Shown here in pieces: positions 26,454 through 36,558 of a DNA stretch of 64,000 nt; position 1 is the stretch's first letter, and every line of letters begins with the position of its first letter. The notes beneath the pieces are model-generated. The model ran no database searches. It worked only from the letters and a program-made list of their open reading frames with translations, and was not told the DNA's origin. Location of the stretch: contig CAXXVS010000003.1 of NCBI GenBank assembly GCA_963674755.2, positions 2,144,001 through 2,208,000 of the forward strand, in the 5' to 3' direction. Made by a program: the position numbers and the translations under genes. Origin of the DNA: Desulfobacterales bacterium (GTDB taxonomy: Bacteria; Desulfobacterota; Desulfobacteria; Desulfobacterales; UBA5852).

Positions 26454-27101
26454 ATGAGACACCGAAGAGTTGGTATAAAATTAGGTCGTACGGCGAGCCA
26501 CCGGAAGGCGATGTTTCGCAACATGGTCACCTCGCTTTTTAAACACGAACAGATCCAAACCACGGATGCCAAGGCCAAGGAAATTCGTCGCTGGGCCGAC
26601 CAGCTGGTGACGCTTGCCAAGCGGGGGGATCTGCATGCCCGACGCCAGGCCATGGCCATCATTCAGGAAAAGGATGTGGTCCACAAGCTGTTTGAGGAAG
26701 CCCCGAAGCGGTACGCCGATGTGGATGGCGGCTATACACGCGTCGTAAAGGTCGGCTACCGACCCGGCGATGCGGCGGCGGTATCTCTGGTGCAGCTTGT
26801 TTCACCGGAGCCTAAAAAGAAGAAAAAGCCACGTCGCAAGAAAAAGGCAGCCCCCGCTGTCGAAACACCAGCGCCCAGCGAGAGCATGGCAGCGGCGTCT
26901 TCCGAAGAGACCGCCAGCGCCGCGCCCGTGGAAGCCGAGGCGACGTCCGAGATTCCGGAGGCGGATACCGCAGCGGAACCGGCCGTGAAGACCTCCGAGG
27001 CGGCACCGGTTGGAGCGCCAGAAGCCGAAGTTGTTCCGGAAGGGGCGGCTGAAGAGGCCGCACCGGAGGCTGAAGACAGCCCAAAGAAAGAAGAACAATA
27101 A
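26454..27101 (+). CDS. rplQ: 50S ribosomal protein L17 with a long Lys- then Ala/Glu/Pro-rich tail
   Basis: [27 protein letters not shown]; about 95 extra C-terminal residues. Confidence 0.97.
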   Translation: MRHRRVGIKLGRTASHRKAMFRNMVTSLFKHEQIQTTDAKAKEIRRWADQLVTLAKRGDLHARRQAMAIIQEKDVVHKLFEEAPKRYADVDGGYTRVVKVGYRPGDAAAVSLVQLVSPEPKKKKKPRRKKKAAPAVETPAPSESMAAASSEETASAAPVEAEATSEIPEADTAAEPAVKTSEAAPVGAPEAEVVPEGAAEEAAPEAEDSPKKEEQ

Positions 27102-27130
27102 GCGCACGCCGCACCCGATGATATGCCGTT

Positions 27131-27165
27131 AAGCCCTGCCGTATTGACGGCAGGGCTTTTTCATT
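27131..27165 (+). terminator. Intrinsic terminator of the alpha operon
   Basis: AAGCCCTGCCGT-ATTG-ACGGCAGGGCTT followed by TTT. Confidence 0.9.
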
Positions 27166-27250
27166 TTCCGGCATAGCAAGGACAACCGGCGCCGGGGATA
27201 TCGATTGGGGAATTCTCTCCGGCGATCCTCTTCCCAAAGGGGCTTTGCCA

Positions 27251-28651
27251 ATGACCGTAACGTTCTACAATACCCTGACCCGCAGGAAGGAGCTCTTCAC
27301 GCCCCTGCAGCCTGAATCCGTCGGGTTATATACCTGTGGACCAACCGTATACAACTATGCGCATATCGGCAATCTGCGCACCTATCTTTTCGAAGATGTC
27401 CTCAAACGTACGCTGCTTTACAACGGTTATACCGTAAACCACGTCATGAACATCACCGACGTCGGCCATCTGACCGGTGATCGTGACATGGGGGAGGATA
27501 AGCTCGAGAAGGGAGCCCAGCGGGAAGGGAAATCCGCCTGGGAGATCGCCGCGCACTATACGGAGGCCTTTCAAAAGGATATCGCCCGGTTGAATATCCT
27601 GGCCCCGACCATATGGTGCAAAGCCACGGATACGATCCCGGAACAGATCGCCCTGATCCGAATGCTGGAAGAAAAAGGGTTTACCTACCGCACCGCCGAC
27701 GGCGTCTATTTCGATACCGCCCGTTTCCCGGGATATACCCGTCTGTCCCATCAGAACCTGGAGGCGCTCCAGGAGGGGGCCCGGGTAGAGAAAAATCCGG
27801 AAAAACGCAACGCCACCGATTTTGCTCTCTGGAAGTTTTCGCCCCCCGGCGTACAGCGACAGATGGAATGGGATTCTCCCTGGGGAATCGGTTTTCCCGG
27901 CTGGCACATCGAATGTTCGGCCATGAGCATGAAGTATCTCGGCGATCAGCTGGACATCCATTGCGGCGGCACGGACCATATCGACGTCCACCACACCAAC
28001 GAGATCGCCCAATCCGAGGCGGCGACCGGCAAGCCTTTTTTCCGGTACTGGATGCACGGTGCCTTTTTGATCATTGCCGGGGGCAAGAAAATGGCCAAGA
28101 GCGAGGGTAATTTTCTTACCATCGAGAATGCCTTTCTGCGCCATGGCAAAGACCCGCTGGCTTACCGCTATGCTGCCTTTCTGACCCACTACCGCAAACC
28201 CATGGAATACAGTGAAGATGCCATGGCGGCTGCCCAAAACGGTTTGCACCACTTGCGCAATCAGGTGCGGACTCTCAAAAACGACGCCGGTCAGGCCGTG
28301 GACCAGGGGCAGATCGACCCGGCCCTGCGCGAAAAATTTCGCGCAGAAATCAACGACGACCTCAACATGCCCCGGGCCATGGCCGTGGTTCAGGATTTGT
28401 TGAAGTCGGAATTGAGCGCTCCCGATAAGCTGGCCACCCTTTACGATATCGACCGGGTGTTGGGGTTCGATCTGGACCAGGTGGATCAGGAAGAGAGCCT
28501 GCCCGAGGATATCCGCCGCATGGCGAACGATCGCCTGGCCGCGCGCAAGGCTAAGAACTGGGCCCTTTCCGATGAGTTGCGCGATGCGATCCAGGCGCGC
28601 GGCTATCTGGTGCAGGACACCCCCCAGGGCACCAAAGTTTTCAAACCCTGA
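27251..28651 (+). CDS. cysS: Cysteine--tRNA ligase
   Basis: [30 protein letters not shown]. Confidence 0.97.
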   Translation: MTVTFYNTLTRRKELFTPLQPESVGLYTCGPTVYNYAHIGNLRTYLFEDVLKRTLLYNGYTVNHVMNITDVGHLTGDRDMGEDKLEKGAQREGKSAWEIAAHYTEAFQKDIARLNILAPTIWCKATDTIPEQIALIRMLEEKGFTYRTADGVYFDTARFPGYTRLSHQNLEALQEGARVEKNPEKRNATDFALWKFSPPGVQRQMEWDSPWGIGFPGWHIECSAMSMKYLGDQLDIHCGGTDHIDVHHTNEIAQSEAATGKPFFRYWMHGAFLIIAGGKKMAKSEGNFLTIENAFLRHGKDPLAYRYAAFLTHYRKPMEYSEDAMAAAQNGLHHLRNQVRTLKNDAGQAVDQGQIDPALREKFRAEINDDLNMPRAMAVVQDLLKSELSAPDKLATLYDIDRVLGFDLDQVDQEESLPEDIRRMANDRLAARKAKNWALSDELRDAIQARGYLVQDTPQGTKVFKP

Positions 28652-28752
28652 GGGGTATTTTGCCTTTTCCGGGGCGATCGGTTATAGCCGAACGGACCGG
28701 ATCCATTGTAAACGTTGCGATTAAAAGACCACCTTCATAAGGGAGGTATTCC

Positions 28753-29355
28753 ATGAAACGAAACACGGTGCGCCGGATGGGTGTCATTCTTTTTGCGCTG
28801 ATGCTCGGTACCCTTTCCGGATGCGGCTACAATACCATCCAGCAGCTCGATGAAGCGGTCAATAAAAGCTGGGGCGATGTGGAGTCGAACCTTCAGCGGC
28901 GGGCGGACTTGATTCCTAATCTTGTCCAGGTGGTCAAAGGCTATGCCGCCCACGAAAAGGAAACCCTGGAGGCCGTGGTCAACGCCCGCTCCAAGGCCAC
29001 GGCGGTGCAACTTTCCCCCCAGGATTTGGGCAACCCCCAGGCCATGCAGCAGTTTCAGGCCGCCCAGGGCGCCCTTTCTTCAGCTTTATCCCGGCTCATG
29101 GTTGTGGTGGAGCGCTATCCGGACCTCAAGGCCAATCAGAATTTTCTCGATCTCCAGAACCAGCTGGAAGGCACGGAGAACCGGATCAATGTGGCCCGTC
29201 AGCGCTACAATCAGGCCGTGGAAGCGTTCAATTACGCCATCCGGAAATTTCCTAACAACTTGACCAATTCCTTTTTGCTGCATCTGGACCGCAAGGAATA
29301 CTTCAAAGCCGATGCCGCGGCCCAGCAGGTGCCGACGGTCAAATTTACGGACTAG
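28753..29355 (+). CDS. lemA: LemA family protein
   Basis: [32 protein letters not shown]; lipobox-like LSGC. Confidence 0.95.
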   Translation: MKRNTVRRMGVILFALMLGTLSGCGYNTIQQLDEAVNKSWGDVESNLQRRADLIPNLVQVVKGYAAHEKETLEAVVNARSKATAVQLSPQDLGNPQAMQQFQAAQGALSSALSRLMVVVERYPDLKANQNFLDLQNQLEGTENRINVARQRYNQAVEAFNYAIRKFPNNLTNSFLLHLDRKEYFKADAAAQQVPTVKFTD

Positions 29356-29360
29356 CCCGC

Positions 29361-30281
29361 ATGTCATTTTCTCTTCCCCTATTGAAGCGGATCGGCACCA
29401 GTCTGCTTTTACTGCTGGTACTCCTGGCATTCCGGCCGCTGCCGGCCGCCGCCCTTAATGTACCGCCGCTGCAGGGCCGGGTGAACGACTACGCCGGCAT
29501 GCTGTCTCCCGCCACCCGACAGCAGCTGGACGGCATGCTGCAAGGTCTGGAAGCCTCCGATGGCACCCAGATTGTCGTGCTGACTGTTCCGTCCCTGGAG
29601 GGCGACAGCCTGGAGGATTTCTCCATCCGCGTAGCGGAACAGTGGAAGATCGGCCGGAAAGGCCTGGACAATGGCGCTATTTTGCTGATCGCCAAGGCTG
29701 AGCGCAAGGTGCGCATCGAGGTGGGTTACGGCCTGGAAGGCAAGCTGACCGATCTCATGGCCGGACGGATCATTGCCAACGTGATCGTGCCGTACTTTAA
29801 AAAAGGACAGATCGATCAGGGCGTCATTCATGGGGTACAGGCAATGGTCGCTGTGGTGAAGGGCGAATATTCCGCCGCCGAAGCGCCTGCCCGCCGCCAC
29901 GGATCCGAGCGACGGACCGGCAACGGCCTCTTCGGTCTGATGCTGGCCCTGTTTTTCCTGAACGTGCTTGGCCGCCTGCGGCGGTCCCTGGGCGCGGCGG
30001 CCGGGGCCGTTATCGTGCCCATCATCGGAACGGCCATCTTCGGCTTTAGTTTTCTCCTGCTGATCATCCTGATTCCGGTGGGCCTCGTGCTGGGATTGCT
30101 GGCCGGTGTCATGGGCGGGCCGCTGGTGTTCGGCTCCTCCGCTTCGCGCTCCGGGCGCGGCGGCGGCTTTTGGTTCGGCGGCGGGGGCGGCGGTTTTGGG
30201 GGTGGTATGGGCGGCGGCTTTGGCGGGTTCAGCGGAGGAGGTGGCGGTTTCGGCGGCGGGGGTGCTTCGGGTGGCTGGTAG
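29361..30281 (+). CDS. TPM-domain (YgcG-like) membrane protein with Gly-rich tail
   Basis: VNDYAGML, RIEVGYGLEG, GGGGFGGGGASGGW. Confidence 0.93.
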   Translation: MSFSLPLLKRIGTSLLLLLVLLAFRPLPAAALNVPPLQGRVNDYAGMLSPATRQQLDGMLQGLEASDGTQIVVLTVPSLEGDSLEDFSIRVAEQWKIGRKGLDNGAILLIAKAERKVRIEVGYGLEGKLTDLMAGRIIANVIVPYFKKGQIDQGVIHGVQAMVAVVKGEYSAAEAPARRHGSERRTGNGLFGLMLALFFLNVLGRLRRSLGAAAGAVIVPIIGTAIFGFSFLLLIILIPVGLVLGLLAGVMGGPLVFGSSASRSGRGGGFWFGGGGGGFGGGMGGGFGGFSGGGGGFGGGGASGGW

Positions 30282-30317
30282 CCTTGGACGTCGACCAAAG
30301 TGGATGAAAGGGCGCTC

Positions 30318-30971
30318 ATGAAGGATTTGACCCGCAATCTGTTGAGTGAGGCGGATCGTGCGGCCATCATCGCGGCCGTGCAGGCAGCCGAGAAGCACAC
30401 GGCCGGGGAGATCGTTCCCATGGTGGTGTCGGCCAGCTATCACTACCCCATGGCCGATGTCATCGGCGGCGTTTGCCTGGCCCTGCCGGCAGCGCTCCTG
30501 CTGACCCCCCTGATCGGCGGCTGGCTCTGGATCGGCACCTGGAGCCTGTGGATGTTTCTGGGGCTGTTCAGCCTGCTGTTTCCAACGGCCCTGATGATCG
30601 TGCGGCACACGGCGGGGCTCAAACGGCTTTTTATTGCCCGGCACGAAATCGATGCCGAGGTGGAGGAAGCGGCCGTCACCAGCTTCTTCAAAAACGGGGT
30701 GTACCGTACCCGGGACGAGACCGGGATCCTCCTTTTCATCTCCCTGTTCGAACGCCGGGTATGGGTGCTGGCCGATCGGGGCATCAACCGCAAGGTGACC
30801 CAGGACCAGTGGGCTGGCATCGTATCGCACGTTATCGCAGGCATCCGGCAGCAGCGCGCGGGAGAGGCCATTTGTGCGGCCGTGACCGAGATCGGCGATC
30901 TCCTGGCGGCCCATTTCCCGATTCGGGAAGATGATCGGGATGAGTTGACCAATCTTATCGTCGAAGATTAG
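30318..30971 (+). CDS. TPM-domain membrane protein
   Basis: AEKHTAGEIV, TGILLFISLFERRVWVLADRGI, HFP...DELTN; alternative GTG at 30300. Confidence 0.88.
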   Translation: MKDLTRNLLSEADRAAIIAAVQAAEKHTAGEIVPMVVSASYHYPMADVIGGVCLALPAALLLTPLIGGWLWIGTWSLWMFLGLFSLLFPTALMIVRHTAGLKRLFIARHEIDAEVEEAAVTSFFKNGVYRTRDETGILLFISLFERRVWVLADRGINRKVTQDQWAGIVSHVIAGIRQQRAGEAICAAVTEIGDLLAAHFPIREDDRDELTNLIVED

Positions 30972-31012
30972 GTGCCGGTGGTTTTAAGAAGGTCTGTCCG
31001 TTCGTAAGGCAG

Positions 31013-31320
31013 TTACAAGGACCAGCAGCGCTTGCCCGCCCATTGTTGAATCCGTCCGATGCTATGGGCGATGGCAGGACCTGGTTGCAACCGCCGGCCG
31101 AAGCATCTCCAGGCGATAAATTCCATGATCAGCCCCTTGTCTTCAAGGGGATCCATGTAGGCGAAGTCCGTTTTGACGGGTCCTGTCTTCAATTGCCCTG
31201 CACCCGGATCCCCAACCTTGCCGGCGCCAGTTTTTCCCCCCAGCGGTCCACATCTTCCACCAGAAAGCCTATGTGCTGCACCACTGGCCGACCGGATGGA
31301 TCCAGCGCGTATGTCAACAG
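31013..31320 (-). pseudogene. Frameshifted, 5'-truncated VOC/glyoxalase-family remnant
   Basis: Minus strand reads ..VQHIGFLVEDVDRWGEKL..; after a one-base shift near 31200 it continues GQLKTGPVKTDFAYMDPLEDKGLIMEFI..*. Confidence 0.5.
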
Positions 31321-31755
31321 TCGCCTAGTGGTCGTCACGGCTGTAGCGTCATGGCGGCGTCTGATACATATGGGATGAAGTTTGGGAACGGCACTGCGTT
31401 GTTGACAGGAGGTCGCCTAGGTCGGGAAGATCTCTATGACATCATCGTCTTCTGGCCTGGCGTCGTCTCCAGGCGGCCCACGGCCTGCCGGGAGAGATCG
31501 ATGAAGCCGTCACCGGAAATGGCGTGATCGCCTGCATGGACGGGTTCCGGGCGATCACCGTCACGCCGGATCGGTTCCAGGCCCTGGCCCGGGGGGGTGG
31601 CCGGCATGTCACCATCGAGACGGTCTCCGATGGCAGCGTGTTTTGTGAAATATAAGTGTGATCGCCCGCGCGGAGTGTGGCGGTCGTTCCGGGGCTGCCA
31701 GACCACATGCGGCAGGACGATCTTCCCTTTTTCTCCTTGGATACCGTAGGCAGGA

Positions 31756-32730
31756 CTACCACGTCACGAACTGAATCTGCAGGTAGAGATCGCCCCTATC
31801 GCCACCGGGCGTGGTGCGCCCCTGCCCCTGCAGTCGCAGGGTGTTGCCTTCTTTGATGCCCGCCGGCACCTTGACTCTCAGGGTGCGGCGCCGGAATCCC
31901 TGGGGTATGGTGACGTATTTGCTGGTGCCGGTCAGGGCTTCGAAAGCGGTTATGGGCAGGATCTCATAGAGATGGAGGGAGTCGTTGCGGGCGGTGGGAT
32001 ACAGCATCTGCAAGCGGTGAGAGCTCTTCTTGGTGGTCATTGAGGTTATCTTGCGGGAGAGCCCGGCCGAGGGTATCCCGTCGATCAGCTTGATGAGCAG
32101 CATGCCGCCCAGAAAACCGCCGATGTGGGCCCACCAGGCAATGCCGCTGACGGCGGCGTGGGTGACGGCCACACTGATGAACTGGAGCGCAAACCAGATG
32201 CCCAGAAACACGAAGGCCGGGATCTCGACGATCCAGGGGAAGATAATGATGGGAATCAAGGTCAGGATCCTGGCCCGGGGATAGAGCAGGAAATAGGCGC
32301 CCATAACGCCGGCGATGGCCCCGCTGGCCCCGATGGTGGGGGCCTGGGAGTGAAGGTTGAGTGCCAGGTGAAAGAGGCCCGAGACTAAACCCGCTGTCAG
32401 GTAGAACGCCAGATAGCGCAGATGACCCAGGTGGTCTTCCACGTTGTCGCCGAAGATCCAGAGGCTCCACATGTTGAAGATGATGTGCAGATAGCCTCCG
32501 TGCAGGAACATGTAGGAAAACAGGGAGAACAGGTTGCTTGGTGTGCCGAAATAGGCGGCCAGGGAAGGGTCGCTGAATTTGGCCGGCACGAGCCCGTAGG
32601 TAAAGATGAAGCGGTTCAGGTTGGGGCCCAGGGAGAGCTGGATCAGGAAGACCACGACGTTGATCCCGATCAACAGGTTGTTGACGACGGGATAGTTCTG
32701 GGAGCGGATATTGTCGCGCAGCGGGATCAT
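31756..32730 (-). CDS. Rhomboid intramembrane serine protease fused to a DnaJ C-terminal domain
   Basis: MFLHGG..HIIFNM, IGASGAIAG (Ser), WWAHIGGF (His); tail ITAFEALTG...VKVPAGIKEGNTLRLQGQG...GDLY. Confidence 0.9.
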   Translation of the reverse strand: MIPLRDNIRSQNYPVVNNLLIGINVVVFLIQLSLGPNLNRFIFTYGLVPAKFSDPSLAAYFGTPSNLFSLFSYMFLHGGYLHIIFNMWSLWIFGDNVEDHLGHLRYLAFYLTAGLVSGLFHLALNLHSQAPTIGASGAIAGVMGAYFLLYPRARILTLIPIIIFPWIVEIPAFVFLGIWFALQFISVAVTHAAVSGIAWWAHIGGFLGGMLLIKLIDGIPSAGLSRKITSMTTKKSSHRLQMLYPTARNDSLHLYEILPITAFEALTGTSKYVTIPQGFRRRTLRVKVPAGIKEGNTLRLQGQGRTTPGGDRGDLYLQIQFVTW

Positions 32731-32755
32731 GGTCTTCCGGTCGGCCGGGGAGCTG

Positions 32756-33598
32756 TCAAGGCCGGTTGACGATATTCATGCTGATGTCCACCGCCACGGC
32801 GGAATGGGTCAGGGCGCCCACCGAGACGATATCCACCCCCAGGGCGGCAAGATCCGCCAGGGTGTCGCGGGTCACGCCGCCGGAAACTTCCACCAGGGCC
32901 CGGCCGTCGATGCGGCGTACGGCTTCCTGAATGGTTTCCGGGCCCATGTTGTCGAGCATGATGATATCGGCTCCGGCGGCCGCGGCTTCTTCGGCCTGGT
33001 CCGCCGTTTCGACTTCGATTTCCAGTTTGAGGGTATGGGGCGCCGACCGCCGGGCTTTCTCCAGGGCGGCCCGGATGCCGCCGCAGATGGCCACGTGATT
33101 GTCCTTGATCAGGATGCCGTCGCTCAGACTCATGCGGTGGTTGGCGGCCCCGCCGATGCGTACCGCGTATTTTTCCAGGGCGCGCCAGCCCGGAGTCGTT
33201 TTGCGGGTATCCACCAGGCGGATCTTCCCGGCCGGCAGGGCTTCCAGGAACCCGTGCACATGGGTAGCAATGCCCGAGAGGCGCTGCAGGAAATTCAAGG
33301 CGGTCCGCTCGCCGGTGAGCAGCGGCTGCAGGCGCCCGGAAATTGTCATCAGGCAGGTGCCCGGAGAGTGTCGGTCGCCGTCCCGGCATTCCCCTTCAAA
33401 TCGCAGGTCCGGATCCAACCGCCGGAAAACCGTCCGGGCGACGGCCAGCCCCGCCAGGACGAGCGGTTCCTTGGCGACCATTTCCGCCTGTCCCTCGGCG
33501 TCGGCCGGAATCAGGGTTTCGGTGGTGATGTCGCCGGTTCCGATATCCTCTTCCAGGGCCAGATCGATCAGGCGATTCAGGTGCAGCATGGACGCCAT
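32756..33598 (-). CDS. nadC: Quinolinate phosphoribosyltransferase
   Basis: ALEEDIGTGDIT, ERTALNFLQ, DTRKTTPG, LIKDNH, IMLDNM. Confidence 0.97.
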   Translation of the reverse strand: MASMLHLNRLIDLALEEDIGTGDITTETLIPADAEGQAEMVAKEPLVLAGLAVARTVFRRLDPDLRFEGECRDGDRHSPGTCLMTISGRLQPLLTGERTALNFLQRLSGIATHVHGFLEALPAGKIRLVDTRKTTPGWRALEKYAVRIGGAANHRMSLSDGILIKDNHVAICGGIRAALEKARRSAPHTLKLEIEVETADQAEEAAAAGADIIMLDNMGPETIQEAVRRIDGRALVEVSGGVTRDTLADLAALGVDIVSVGALTHSAVAVDISMNIVNRP

Positions 33599-33804
33599 GG
33601 CCAACTCCCCTTGGGCCCCCGAAACCGAGTCTGAAGAATCGGGGGATCTTATACCCCTAACTGTTTAACATAGACCACCCGGCCGATGCGCGGCACGGGA
33701 CAAGGGGGCATACAAAAACCAACAGCAAAAAGTTTTCAAACCCGCTTTGAGGAAATTCCAGAGGTCTCCCGCTACATGGGAAGAGACGCACTTGTCCCAT
33801 TTCT

Positions 33805-36468
33805 TCACGACGCCAGGGCTTCGATTCGCGCCAGGTGCGTTTCCAGGGTTTCGCGTTTTTCCGAGAAGGCGGCCTGCTGGCGTTTCACCTTCTCCACCAC
33901 GGCCGCGGGGGCCTTGTTCAGAAAGTCTTCGTTGCCGAGTTTTTTGTTCAGGGTAGCCAGCTCGTTATCGATCTTTCCGATTTCTTTGGTAAGGCGGGCG
34001 GCCTCCTGGGCGAAGTCGATAATGCCCTCCAGGGAGACGAACAGGGTGGCCCCTTCGATCACGCTGGTGGCCGCGGCCCGGGGTTTGGCACCGACCGGCG
34101 CCACGACCATCTGTTCCAGCCGGGCCAGGTTGGCCACCAGATCCTGATGGTCATTCAACTGACGACGGATGTCGGCATCGTCCGTCTGGACCGTGACGTT
34201 GAGCTTCATGGCCGGGGCGATGTTCATCTCCCCGCGGATGTTGCGGATGCCGGTGATGACGTCCATGATGAGCTGCATGGCCGTCTCGGCCGCGGGGTCT
34301 TCAATGATATCCGTGGCGCCGGCGGCATCGGCCGGGAAAGCGGCTCGCATGATATCGCCCCGGGTGCCGGGCAGCTTCTCCCAGATTTCTTCGGTCACAA
34401 AGGGAATGATGGGATGGAGCAGGATCAGGGTGTCGTGCAGCACCCGGTAGAGGGTTCCCAGGGTGGCCTGCTGGCGGTCATCGCCCTGGTTGCCGTAGAG
34501 GGCCGGTTTGATGGCTTCCAGGTACCAGTCACAGAACTCGTGCCACACGAATTGGTAGAGGGTTGCCGCCGCATCGTTGAAGCGGTAGTCGTCCAGGGCC
34601 CGGCCGGTGTCCTCGATCAGCCGCCGCAGGCGGGAGAGGATCCAGCGGTCGGGCACGCTGAGCTGCTCCCGGCGTGCCAGGTCCACGGGCTTCGTCAGGT
34701 GCATCAGGGCGAAGCGGGCCGCGTTCCAGAGTTTATTGATGAAATTGCGGTAGCCCTCGACACGCTTTTCCGACATCTTGATGTCCCGTCCCTGGGCCGC
34801 AAAGGCGGTCAGGGTGAAACGGAAGGCATCCGTGCCGTAGACGTCGATCACGTTCAGGGGATCGATCACGTTGCCCTTGGACTTGCTCATCTTCTTGCCG
34901 TGCTCGTCCCGCACCAGGGCATGCACGTAGACGTCGCGAAACGGCACATCGCCCATGAAGTGCAGCCCCATCATCATCATGCGGGCCACCCAGAAGAAAA
35001 GGATGTCGAAGCCGGTCACCAGGGTCGAAGTGGGGTAGAAAGTCTTGAGCAGTTTAGTCTGCTCGGGCCAGCCCATGGTGGAGAAGGGCCATAGGGCCGA
35101 GCTGAACCAGGTGTCGAGCACGTCGGTCTCGCGGGTCAGCCGGTTGTCGCCGCAGTGGGGGCAGGTGGTGGGGTCTTCCATGGCCACGATGGTCTCCCCG
35201 CAGGCCTCGCAGGTCCAGGCCGGGATCTGGTGTCCCCACCAGATCTGGCGCGAGATGCACCAGTCGCGGATATTATCCATCCAGTCGTAGTAGGTCTGGG
35301 TCCAGGTGGCGGGGATGATGGTGGTGCGCCCGTCTTCCACGGCCTGGATGGCCTTTTGCGCCAGGGGTTTGACTTTGACGAACCACTGGGTGGAGAGATT
35401 CGGTTCCACCACGGTCTTGCAGCGGTAGCAGTGGCCCACGCTGTGCTTGAGGGGCTCGATCTTCACCAGGAGCCCCTCTTCCCGCAGGGCCGCCACAACG
35501 GCCTCGCGGCAGGCGAAACGGTCCATCCCGGCAAAGTGGCCGGCCTCTTCCGTCATATTGCCGTCGTCGCCGATCACCTTGATGCTGGGCAGTTCGTGGC
35601 GGCGGCCGATCTCGAAGTCGTTGGGGTCGTGGGCCGGGGTGACCTTCAGGGCCCCGGTGCCGAATTCCAGGTCCACGTAGCTGTCACGGATGATGGGAAT
35701 GGTCCTTCCCATGAGGGGCAGGGTCACCTGGGCGGCCGTGAGACCCGCATAGCGTTCGTCGTCCGGGTTGATGGCCACGGCCGTGTCCCCCAGCATGGTC
35801 TCGGGCCGGGTGGTGGCCACCACGATGTCGCCTTCGGCGCCCACATAGGGATAGCGGATGTGGTAGAGGTGGCCGTCCACCTCTTCGTGCTCCACCTCGA
35901 GGTCCGCCAGGGCCGTGTGGCAGCGGTGGCACCAGTTGATGATGTAGTCGCCGCGGTAGATCAGGCCTTCCTCATAGAGCTGCACAAAAACCTTGCGCAC
36001 GGCCTGGGACAGGCCGCTGTCCATGGTAAATCGTTCCCGGGGCCAGTCGCAGGAGGCGCCCAGGCGTTTGAGCTGATTGATGATGGCGCTGCCGTATTCC
36101 TTGCGCCAGGACCAGACCGCTTCGATGAATTTTTCCCGACCCAGGGCGTGGCGGTCGGTACCCTCCTCGGCCAGCTTGCGTTCCACCACGTTCTGGGTGG
36201 CGATGCCGGCATGGTCGGTCCCCGGCATCCAGAGGACGTTGTCGCCTCGCAGCCGGCGGTAGCGGCAGAGGATGTCCTGCATGGTGATGTTCAGGGCGTG
36301 GCCCATGTGAAGCACCCCGGTGACATTGGGCGGGGGGATGACGATGGAATAGGCAGGGGCGTCATCTTCCTCCCGGGCCGCGAAAGATCCGTTGGCTTCC
36401 CAATGCTGGTACCACTTGCGCTCCACTTCGTGGGGTTCGTATCCCTTGGCTAAGACATCCTCGTTCAT
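33805..36468 (-). CDS. valS: Valine--tRNA ligase
   Basis: PPPNVTGVLHMGH, DVLDTWFSS, KMSKSKGN, C-terminal coiled coil. Confidence 0.99.
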   Translation of the reverse strand: MNEDVLAKGYEPHEVERKWYQHWEANGSFAAREEDDAPAYSIVIPPPNVTGVLHMGHALNITMQDILCRYRRLRGDNVLWMPGTDHAGIATQNVVERKLAEEGTDRHALGREKFIEAVWSWRKEYGSAIINQLKRLGASCDWPRERFTMDSGLSQAVRKVFVQLYEEGLIYRGDYIINWCHRCHTALADLEVEHEEVDGHLYHIRYPYVGAEGDIVVATTRPETMLGDTAVAINPDDERYAGLTAAQVTLPLMGRTIPIIRDSYVDLEFGTGALKVTPAHDPNDFEIGRRHELPSIKVIGDDGNMTEEAGHFAGMDRFACREAVVAALREEGLLVKIEPLKHSVGHCYRCKTVVEPNLSTQWFVKVKPLAQKAIQAVEDGRTTIIPATWTQTYYDWMDNIRDWCISRQIWWGHQIPAWTCEACGETIVAMEDPTTCPHCGDNRLTRETDVLDTWFSSALWPFSTMGWPEQTKLLKTFYPTSTLVTGFDILFFWVARMMMMGLHFMGDVPFRDVYVHALVRDEHGKKMSKSKGNVIDPLNVIDVYGTDAFRFTLTAFAAQGRDIKMSEKRVEGYRNFINKLWNAARFALMHLTKPVDLARREQLSVPDRWILSRLRRLIEDTGRALDDYRFNDAAATLYQFVWHEFCDWYLEAIKPALYGNQGDDRQQATLGTLYRVLHDTLILLHPIIPFVTEEIWEKLPGTRGDIMRAAFPADAAGATDIIEDPAAETAMQLIMDVITGIRNIRGEMNIAPAMKLNVTVQTDDADIRRQLNDHQDLVANLARLEQMVVAPVGAKPRAAATSVIEGATLFVSLEGIIDFAQEAARLTKEIGKIDNELATLNKKLGNEDFLNKAPAAVVEKVKRQQAAFSEKRETLETHLARIEALAS

Positions 36469-36491
36469 GCAACCGGCTCCTTCTTAAATTG

Positions 36492-36517
36492 AAAAAGGGG
36501 ATTATAAAATAATCCCC
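36492..36517 (-). terminator. Hairpin plus U-tract between the acidic-protein gene and valS
   Basis: Minus strand GGGGATTAT-TTT-ATAATCCCC-TTTTT. Confidence 0.6.
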
Positions 36518-36558
36518 ACTGTCGCTTGCGCTCGTATGACATATGACCGTCGGCGCGG

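Noticed and set aside
28753..30971. lemA-TPM-TPM triad as a new system
   Set aside because: A widespread, already recognised gene cluster; the GGC-rich tract is the normal Gly-rich tail.
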